From assembly GCA_951406725.2 (NCBI GenBank), contig OX597835.1:30132001-30196000 (forward strand): DNA of 64,000 nucleotides, written 5' to 3'. This document shows, piece by piece, positions 52,892-64,000 of this stretch; positions within the stretch are counted from its first letter, which is position 1, and every line of letters starts with the position of its first letter. The notes beneath the pieces are model-generated. The model was not told the DNA's origin. It saw only the letters and a list, made by a program, of their open reading frames with translations, and did no database searches. The position numbers and the translations under genes were made by a program. The DNA is from Octopus vulgaris. Taxonomy: Eukaryota.

Positions 52892-53223
52892 ATGCAAGTA
52901 TGTGTAGAATGAGATTTTGTTTATCAAAGAAGACTGGCTCGAGCTTTGAGTAATGTTTGTTGTTATTGTTGTTGTTGTTGTTGCTGTTAGTGATGCTGGT
53001 GTCGTTGTTGTTACTGGTGAGGGTTGCGGTTGTGGTTGTGGTTGTGTAGAAGGGAAGCTGGTTTGGTGATTGCGATTGCAATGATGCGGTATGGGTCTTA
53101 TCGTCTCCTGTAGGCGTAAAGTAAGAGAGAGAAAGAGAGAAAAGAGCGAGAGAGAGAAGGAGAGGAGAGGAGAGGAGAGAGAGAGTGAGAGTGAGAGAAA
53201 CAAAGGGAGAAACGGAATGTTAA

Positions 53224-53351
<128 letters not shown>

Positions 53352-53370
53352 GATAGATAGGTAGATAGAC

Positions 53371-53426
<56 letters not shown>

Positions 53427-53493
53427 TGACAGATAGATAGATAGATAGATAATGAGAGAAAGAGAAAATGAGTGTGGGATATATATGTATATA

Positions 53494-53525
<32 letters not shown>

Positions 53526-53615
53526 GACATATGTATATACATATGCATACATACACACATACATACATACATATATACATACATATATACATACATATAT
53601 CTATATCTATATCTA

Positions 53616-53668
<53 letters not shown>

Positions 53669-54247
53669 GAGAGAGAGGTAGGTAGGTTGAACTGATGTAC
53701 AAATATGAATATTAGATTGTGCGAACGAAATACATTTTCCGTGTGTTAACAGAATGCTGTCATAGAACAAGTTTAAAACAACACATACTGTAAAAGAAGG
53801 CGCATTAAAATTAGATGCACTCAGTAAACCCCCGCCATTTTAAAATTCAATCGGCGCCATTTTAATTTTGACTTCTTTTCCTATTTATGTTTAGACTGAT
53901 ATTTTTTTCTACTCCTTGATTTTTATTTATTTATTTCTCTATTTATTTAATTATATATTTATTTTTCGAAATACAGTCTTCGTTTGTTTCTTATGATTTT
54001 TATATAATCATAAACATTATCATCATTATCATCATCGTCATCCTGCTCGTACTTCTCCACGTCGTCGTCATCATCATCAACATCATCATCATCACCGCCA
54101 TAATCGCTATCATCATCATCATCATCATCATCACCACCAGAACTTCCACCACCACCACTACCACAACTATCATCATCATCATCAATGTCGCAGGCTGGCT
54201 GAAACATTGGTGCTCTGAACACACACACACACAGACACACACACACA

Positions 54248-54285
<38 letters not shown>

Positions 54286-54366
54286 CATACACACACGAAA
54301 CTTGCAATTTTGCTTGTTGTAAAATCAGCGACAGTGTGTTCGCTTGAAATTATATATATATATATG

Positions 54367-54410
<44 letters not shown>

Positions 54411-54411
54411 A

Positions 54412-54445
<34 letters not shown>

Positions 54446-54447
<2 letters not shown>

Positions 54448-54573
54448 CGCCGTGATCACCGTGATCACCGCGACCGACCAGGCTATCAGATGTTGCTACA
54501 CATCGTTGGTCACAATGCGCTTCGCATTGTTTAGCCTTCAAAAGACGCTACCCTGCTGGCTAAGTGACCAGGC
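54446..54573 (-). mobile_element. SINE family D 3' fragment with (TA)n on both sides
   Basis: 'gaccgaccaggctatcagatgt.gctacacat..ttagccttcaaa.gacgc.accctgctggcta' shared with 51708-51800. Confidence 0.82.
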
Positions 54574-54595
54574 TAATATATATATATATATGTAT

Positions 54596-54676
<81 letters not shown>

Positions 54677-54679
54677 AAG

Positions 54680-55039
54680 ATTCAGATGAATATGGTACTT
54701 AAGTTGAAGGCACTAGAATTTAGTATGGTATTATCCATTCAATTCAAAATAAGGTGATTATAATCAAAATAAGCAACAATCATATCCAGAGGTAATGCAG
54801 TACGATCATTTCATGCGACTTCATTTAATTGAACAACGCAAACATTGCATTAATTTTAAATGTAGAGCAATCTTCAGCTGCACAAAAATATAGAATTTAA
54901 TTAAATTCGAAGGACTCATTAGTATAATTTTATCCAAAATCAAATTGATGTCATGTTTGCATTGTTTAAGTAAATGGAGTCGCATGAAACGATCGTACTG
55001 CATTACCTGTGAATATCCTTATTGCTTATCTTGATTATA
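54680..55039. mobile_element. PLE-type 3' end (minus strand) with an inverted partial duplicate
   Basis: Inverted arms 54759-54856 and 54942-55039; flanked by (TAGA)n and (TA)n; contains a hammerhead. Confidence 0.75.
54796..54882 (-). ncRNA. Type-I hammerhead ribozyme, canonical core, long stem/loop II
   Basis: Minus strand TGCAG-CTGAAGA-TTGC..(~50 nt)..GCA-T-GAAA-TGATCG-TA-CTGCA. Confidence 0.82.
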
Positions 55040-56326
55040 TATATATATATACGTTTTATTTATTATTTTGTACATTACTTAATCATCGATATAATATGTT
55101 TTATCGTATATTTAATATTTCTATTATATGTAATTTCTAGATGGTGTAATTTAATTTTTCATTTTGAATTAATAAGGTGTTTTTTCTAAGTTATATATAT
55201 ATATATATATATACAGGGTGGGTAAGGTATCAGAGGACATATCTTTTAGGTGTCACTGAGGCATTTTTTGCTAACTGTATAATCTTTCATTCAAAAAATA
55301 ATAAGGGCCGACCCACAGCTTACTCAAGAAATGAAGAGCCATGCTCTACTCGTTGTTGTAAAGGCTGAACAAAGATATTCAGAAAGTTGCCAAATCTTTT
55401 GTCTAAAAAGTTTGGTAGAAGCTAGAGACTGAAGATGGAAACGTATCACAAATATCAAAGCATTCTAAACGCTCTGAAATCATCAGGATACCCGAACTTG
55501 CCCAATACGTTAAACAGACAATTGATTACAATTCCAGTTGCGTACTGGGGTCGATCTAATCGACTTGCCCCCTCCACCAAAATTTCGGGGTTTGTGCCTT
55601 GAATAGAAAACAATATTTAATGATAAAAATACAACAGGAGTCTTTAAACTTCGAATGGCTATGAGGATCCATTAGAAGAAAAATGAAATCAAAGGGAAGG
55701 TGTCTACATATAGATTATAATTGAGAACCCCTGGATTAGGGTGTTCTTAATAGTAACAAAAACGAAAAATTTGGATTTATTCGATGCCATTCCAGATTAG
55801 CGGAATAATGTAAATTCCACTATCTGGAATATTCCAGATATTTTAAGATACAGTGATAGAGTTCATTGATATTTGTTCTACAGAAGTGGATATTTTGGTG
55901 CCACAGCGAAGCGTACAATTTGTGAATTGGTTGGTATCAAGAAGAGCATTGAAAATACAAATCAAAAAAAGTATACAAACTTTCATATACGTACCACTAG
56001 TCATTAAAAGTTATGGCTCCTAATGGGAGGCGATTCGGATCATGACGCTCCGTCTAACCCATGGTAGCATAGATATAAGACATAAAATTATTTGTGTGTG
56101 TGTGTGCGTGCGTGTGTGTGTGTGTGTGCGTGCGTGTGGGTGTATGTGTATTATTCTGTGTATCATTCATTTTTTCTTTACACCTACTCTGTTTGCAGTT
56201 TTGTGTTTTTAACATTGAGGTCTTAATTGCGGATTTCTCTGACCATTTGATCTGATCTCACTTGATCAGTCTAGCTATCTATCTGTCTGTCTATCTATCT
56301 ATCTATCTACCTATCTATCTATCTAC

Positions 56327-56373
<47 letters not shown>

Positions 56374-56380
56374 CCTACCT

Positions 56381-56439
<59 letters not shown>

Positions 56440-57301
56440 GATAGATATGTAGATATACATAAATAATTAGATAAAATGATAGCTGTAGATGTATAGATAC
56501 ATGTGTCTGTATGTATATATATATTCATATACGTACAAGTATATTTGTATCTGTGTGTGTGTGTATGTGTGTGTGTGTTTGTGTGTGTGCACGTGCGTGT
56601 GTATTACAAGGGATGAGGTACAATTATTGAACTAATATTGTTTATGTCAAATCAAAGATCAGCCAGTCCCGCTTATAACTTCTTAAACATGAAGCTGAGG
56701 AATAAACAGCTATAAGAAGTAGTTGCTGCTATTGGTGGTGTTGTTGTTCTTCTTCTTACTGATGTTGATGATGATAAAGATGATGATAATGATGAGGGTG
56801 ATGGTAGTGACGGTGAAGAGCGCGAAAATTATATTGATGGAAATAAAAACCAGAACGGGGACATAAACACACGTGTGTATTTCTATGTATCATCATCACC
56901 ATCATCATCATCATCATCATCACCATCATCATAATCGTCACCAGCAACATCATCACCATTATCATCATCACCATGTTCATCATCACCGGCACCATCATCA
57001 ACAATACCATCATCATCATCGTCATCATCTTCATCATATGTTTGTCCTCATCTGCCTAAATGTCTGTCAGTCTGTTTGCGTATTTCTCTCTATCCCCCTC
57101 TCTCTTACTCTCCTCTCTCTCTCGAACTATGTATGTATATATACATGTATGTAACTCTTTCTCTCGGTATGTATGTTTCTATGTATGTATGTATGTATGT
57201 ATCTATTTGTCTGCTTCAGTCTGCTTATTTCTCTCTCTTCCATCTCTCTTTCTCTTTCTTTCTAACTACTAGTATTTATGTATATGTACCTCTATGTATA
57301 T

Positions 57302-57394
<93 letters not shown>

Positions 57395-57848
57395 ATATAT
57401 ACATGTACGAATGTATGTATGTATGTCTGTATCTATCTATCTATCTATCTATCTATATTTATCAATATATGTGTATATATGCATTTATATATGAGTGTAT
57501 GTGCGTGTGTGTGTGTGTGTGCGCGCGCGCATGTGCGTAAGAGCGTACGTAAGCAGATGTGCATGTATGTGTGGCGTGTGTACCTGTGTGGATGAGTACA
57601 AATATTTGTAGGTAGAAATAGCAGAAATATATAATGATTAAAAAACGTTCTTGCATAAAATACAAAACACACTCACACGTGCATACAAATAACCATACAT
57701 ACATGTACAGACACGCAAATACACACACACTCACACAATATATATATATACATATATATATTACTTATCCTATAGACAGATAGATAACAGATATTTGTAC
57801 TGTAATGTGTATATATATCATTGTTAGTTTGTGTTTATATATTTCCAT

Positions 57849-57909
<61 letters not shown>

Positions 57910-57916
57910 CATATGC

Positions 57917-57957
<41 letters not shown>

Positions 57958-58006
57958 GATATGTACATTTATTTATACACAGAAATATATTTATATATAG
58001 ATATAT

Positions 58007-58045
<39 letters not shown>

Positions 58046-58060
58046 TACACACATATACAT

Positions 58061-58103
<43 letters not shown>

Positions 58104-58152
58104 GATATGTACATTTATTTATACACAGAAATATATTTATATATAGATATAT

Positions 58153-58226
<74 letters not shown>

Positions 58227-59159
58227 ATATATGTACATATGAGTGAATATGTACATATGTGTGTTTGCTTGTGTTTCTGAGTGTTTGTTCTTGTAGCTAA
58301 GCGGCAACCTAGCAAAGAATGTAGCTAGACAAAGATGATTCCCCACTGACCGACGTTAAGTTATAAGAAACGGATACAAGATGAGAGATTATTGGAGCCC
58401 TGATCAAAAAAGACGGTGGAATGGTTTAATCAATGTTACTACCATTGGGAGTATCTGACATTGGTAGGAAAGACGTCGATAGAATGGAGAGAAGGGAGGT
58501 AGTTCGGGAATGGGGATGGTTTGTTTGCTTGTTGGTTGTTTATTGTGGTGATGGTGATGGTGATGATGATGGGGGTGGTGGGGGAGACGTGGATAGGGTG
58601 GGGGGTGAGGGTAAGATTTTGGAAATGGATTTGGATGTCAGTGAGGAGAAAGCGGGCGATAGGCGATGACGTGACATCGATGTAACGGAGAGCAAGGAGA
58701 GGTGGGGAACGGTGGTGGGGTCGTCGCTAGGAGAAAGATGGGGGTGTGAGGAGTCGGGAGTGGGTTTGGGGGCTTGGCGGTTGGGGCTGGGGTTGGAGGT
58801 TGGCGTAGTGTTGGTCGGGTTGAATGGGTGGGGGAGACGAACGGTGAAGTACGTCGGGGGTGGCGGGTGAATGATGGGTGAGAGTAGGAGGCGTGGGAAA
58901 TAGCGATTTGCGGGATCGGGTTCGAAGAGTGGGAGTGAAATTTGTGATGATGATGAACATGATGATGATGATGATGATGATGATGACGGTGAATGAGAAC
59001 GAAGGGGAGAAAATGAAACGGCTGTTTATTTGTTGTAGAATGTTGTTTAACACCCGGTCGGCTCTCGAAGATCAGCTCTCCAAGCTAGTCAGGACGAAAG
59101 GCTCTTCACTGATGGCCATCCCTGTTTTTCGTTTATTTATGCTCTGGAAGTGAAGACGA

Positions 59160-59340
59160 GTGATCGTAAGATCATGGTTTCGATTCCTGAATAGGGCAAC
59201 CCTTTGAGTTCTTGAGCAAGACACTTAATTTCAAGTAGCTCCGGTCTACTCATCTGACAAACGTGAGTAAGGCTCCGAGGGGCTGGCGTACCGTCCAGGT
59301 GGGACATATATTCACCACAGAAACCGGACCTATCGTGAAG
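59160..59340 (+). mobile_element. Diverged tRNA-derived SINE with a CORE-like block
   Basis: B-box-like GGTTTCGATTCC, 'ttcttgagcaagacacttaattt', 'ctggcgtaccgtccagg'. Confidence 0.6.
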
Positions 59341-59932
59341 GCCCTTCCACCTTTTATCTTTATGGAGGGGAAACACATTATTCAAATCGTTGTCCAATAA
59401 GATGCCGCAGGCTGTAATTTTGAGAACTATTTAGTTGCTATTTCGAGCGGATCGATTTGAGGAAGCGTCGTTGGGTTTCAGAAAAAGAGGCGAAGGTAAA
59501 TGGGGAAACCAATGACGACCAATTGAAAGTTTGATTAGTACTGTCGTAATTCAGAAGATCTATGATCAAATGTTTTCCGACCATGCCCATCAAGACTTGG
59601 TACGTAAAAAAAAAAAAATGTTTCTGTTATAAAAATGCTATCAATTCTGATACTAATAATGACGAGGATAGTGATTAAGGCAAAACTATGAAGGTTGTGA
59701 TGATGATGATGATGATGATGTTGATGATCATGACGACGATCAACATGATGATCATGAAGATTATGATGATGATGGTGATGATGTTGATGATGATGATGAT
59801 GATGATGCGGGTCATGACCGCGATGATGTTCAATATGGCGATGATTGAAGGCGATGAAGAAAACAAGGTAAGTTAAATGAAGGAGAAAAACGAAGCGATT
59901 AGTAGTCGTAATAGTAATAGTAATAGTAGTAA

Positions 59933-59979
<47 letters not shown>

Positions 59980-60132
59980 ATGATGTTGGTAGGGGTGGTA
60001 GTAGTGGTTCGTGGAAGATGCTGCTGAAGGTCGTGGCGGTAGTAGAAAGGAAAAAAAACAAGATGAAAGAAGAAAAAGCAGAAAAAGAAAGAGAAGATGA
60101 TGATTATGATGATGACAATGACGACGACGACA

Positions 60133-60168
<36 letters not shown>

Positions 60169-60372
60169 TTGATGGAGATTAAAAAGAAAATAAATCACAA
60201 AGAAGCAGAATACAGAGAAGATACTTCGCTAATCGATGGCTATCGAATATCTTCTAGATAATCACAAACTGTAATCCCGTTATGACAGACAAAGCGGAAA
60301 TACAAAAAAGCTAACCATGACTATACAAATACATACACTGAATGTATGTATATGCATATATATATATATATG

Positions 60373-60424
<52 letters not shown>

Positions 60425-60609
60425 TATACATATATATATGTACGTCTATATATGAATATATATATTTATATATATATATGTGTGTATATATATATATTAT
60501 GTTGTGTTAGCATTTAGTTATATGAATCACTATACGTATACATCAATACATATGTGCGTCTGTATATGTGTGCGTGTATATATATATATATACGTACAAA
60601 GGTATAAAC

Positions 60610-60655
<46 letters not shown>

Positions 60656-60757
60656 ATATATGCGTATATATATGAATATATGTGTGCGTTTGTGTATATT
60701 TATGCTCACACATATATATGTATATATATATATTGATACACATACACACACACACAC

Positions 60758-60802
<45 letters not shown>

Positions 60803-61143
60803 CGTGTATATATATAAATATACGTAGTTATGCACATCCATACGGGGAGTTGGTTATCGGGAAGGCTACGGATGCGATGCCATAGTCTCAATCAGTCCAT
60901 AACGATCGACTAGAGATGGCATTAAGTAGATAAATAGGTAACATGCCCCCCCCCACCATTTCTCCCCCGTTTCTTTCTCTCCTTCTCTCTCTGTCTTTCT
61001 TTCTCTCCCCATCTCTATCTCTCTCTATCTCACCCTCTCTCCTTCACTCGCACTCTCTCCTCTTGTCGCTTAGCAACAGACTCGGAATCTGAGCTCAAGA
61101 AATTGTCGATAACGTTTGGGGAAGAGGTGTGGTGAACTCTTGG

Positions 61144-61205
<62 letters not shown>

Positions 61206-61648
61206 ATTTATACACGCACGCACACGTGTACACATATGTTCACACATACCCACATGCAGCCATAAACACGCAAACACACATATATATATATGCGTAAGCA
61301 CATACATACACATAGGTAAGTTCTTTAGAAATATGCATACAACCGTATACTCCTATGGAGAAAGCAATATGTCAACACACAGGCGTATATAAACATGTGT
61401 GTATTTATATTTATGCATGAATACATACACAAACTCAGACACACACAAAGACATACGCATATATAGTCATGTGTATATATATATATACACATGACTATAT
61501 GTACACACAAACATATGTAAACATACATACATGCATGCATACATACATATATATATACATATATACAGCTATCGATGTTTATATATGTATCCATGTATAT
61601 ATGTATGTGTATATATATATATATATATATATCAAACGTTTATATATA

Positions 61649-61763
<115 letters not shown>

Positions 61764-61791
61764 ATATATAATATATATGCATGTATATATA

Positions 61792-61832
<41 letters not shown>

Positions 61833-62325
61833 TATCATATATATTATATATATATATATATATATATTATTTATATATATGCATATAATCGTACATACAA
61901 ATACATAGATAGATTTGTATGTAGACGTGTTGTGATGAGAGGCTGAAGACGCATATTCTCAATAGATGATTCCTATATCCATATGTTTGTTTTCTTGTTC
62001 GTTTCTTACAATTCTTAGTTTGCTTGTTGTTGTTGTTGCTATTGTTGTTATTATCAAAGTTGCTGTTGTTATTTTTGTTGTTGTTGTTGCTAAACGTCTT
62101 TCCTTCCGAACAGTTAGTTGCCATAAGAATGTGATTGACTTTTTCCTTAATCGGAGGTTGGGAAGGTTGTTTTTCCTATTGAACATAATCTTCGGTTCTC
62201 TCTCTCTGTGAATGTATTTAACTATTAATATTAGATTGACTTAGCTAAAGACATAGCAGTCTATATTTGCATATATATACACACACATATATATAAATAC
62301 ACATATATATATATATACATATGTA

Positions 62326-62401
<76 letters not shown>

Positions 62402-62435
62402 TACATATGTATGTATATATATATAGGTGTGTGTG

Positions 62436-62495
<60 letters not shown>

Positions 62496-62533
62496 TATAT
62501 AAATACATACAAACACATGTGTTTGTATGTATT

Positions 62534-62573
<40 letters not shown>

Positions 62574-62640
62574 CGTCGGTGCACTTGAGCTTTATGATGG
62601 CTTTCGGATATATATTTACACTCCCAGAGAGCAGGATTCA

Positions 62641-62673
<33 letters not shown>

Positions 62674-62995
62674 GCATACAAATACACACACACACGCGTA
62701 AATATAAATACATACATTCAGAAGGAGAGAGATCAATGACATTTGTGTATAATGCTTATTAACTATTGATATATCAATGACTGTGCACCTTTGTGAATAT
62801 ATATACACGCACATACACATACACACACTCACACATATATATATATGTATATGTACTTATAGATATATACACGAATTTTTATAGGAATATAGGTAAATAA
62901 TTGTATATACATATGTATATATGTATATGTATATATGCATATATACATTGTTGTATGTATGTATATATATATATATACAATAAAACATTCATATT

Positions 62996-63030
<35 letters not shown>

Positions 63031-63137
63031 AGGTATGTACACGCAAACATAAATATCGATTTGATCTGGCAATGTCATAAATCTATTTGATCATTTAATC
63101 AATCACTCAACAAGTTTTCATCGGGAATGATATTCAC

Positions 63138-63198
<61 letters not shown>

Positions 63199-63346
63199 AT
63201 CTATCTATCTATATATCTATCTATCTATCTATCATCTATCTATATATCTAATTATCTGTCTATCTATCTATCTATCTATCGATCGATCGATCTATCTATC
63301 TATCTGTCTATCTATCTATTTATCTATATCTCTACCTATCTGTCTG

Positions 63347-63404
<58 letters not shown>

Positions 63405-63406
63405 AA

Positions 63407-63437
<31 letters not shown>

Positions 63438-63469
63438 TTATCTATCTATCCATCCAGCCATCCTTCATT

Positions 63470-63551
<82 letters not shown>

Positions 63552-64000
63552 TGCCTATGCAGACACAATTAGTGTGAGAGGACAAGGAGCGATCGAGAAG
63601 CGAACGGTGTAGCGTAATAGCGTTTATGGTTGCACAGAAGAGTGTTGTTTTGGATGTGGTGCTTGGAGAGGTGACGGTAACGGTGGTGGACCCGGATTGC
63701 TTTTTGGTGCAGTCAGTATTGGTTATAGTTGGTGGGCGCGTGTGGTGTGGTGCTTTCGGTTACAGCATTCATGGTGGTGCTGAGCGCGATACATAGATAA
63801 CTTTGATGATGACAGTGGTGGTGGCGACGGTTACGACGCTGCTGCTGCTGCTGCTGCAGATGATGATGATGACGAAGATGATGACGATGATGATGGTGAC
63901 GACAATGATGGTGGTGGTGGTGGTGGTGGTGGTGGTGGTGGTAGTGATGGTAGTGATCGAGTGATGATGGTGGAGTTGATAATGATGGTGATGATGATGA

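Noticed and set aside
55426-55450. CTGAAGA-TG-GAAA-CG-TA hammerhead-like string
   Set aside because: No stem II and only a 2-bp stem I; chance or fully decayed.

Overview
Eukaryotic, AT-rich, microsatellite-saturated DNA that is intergenic or intronic. I could not support any host protein-coding gene, and nearly all ORF-track entries are translations of (TA)n, (CA)n, (TAGA)n, (ATT)n, (GAT)n or (GAA)n tracts. The repeat landscape suggests an octopus genome (inference from recalled repeat types, not a search). The coding content is all transposon-derived: a near-intact Neptune-type Penelope-like element (PLE; RT + GIY-YIG, 6440-~9540), a 5'-truncated Neptune-type PLE and a Naiad-type PLE head-to-head in one (TA)n tract (16048-19130), several decayed PLE pieces, two L1/Tx1-type fragments at a (TAGA)n tract, an RTE fragment and a decayed mariner. 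There are also a Helentron/DINE-like element, a MITE, about 25 SINE copies or fragments, and a U6 snRNA copy fused directly to a SINE. Main points for follow-up: (1) five readable plus two degenerate type-I hammerhead ribozymes in PLE ends, with different catalytic-core variants; (2) retroelement families that each sit in a different microsatellite class, including a Tx1-like element in (TAGA)n; (3) the U6-SINE chimera; (4) a possible -1 frameshift site upstream of the PLE RT ORF.
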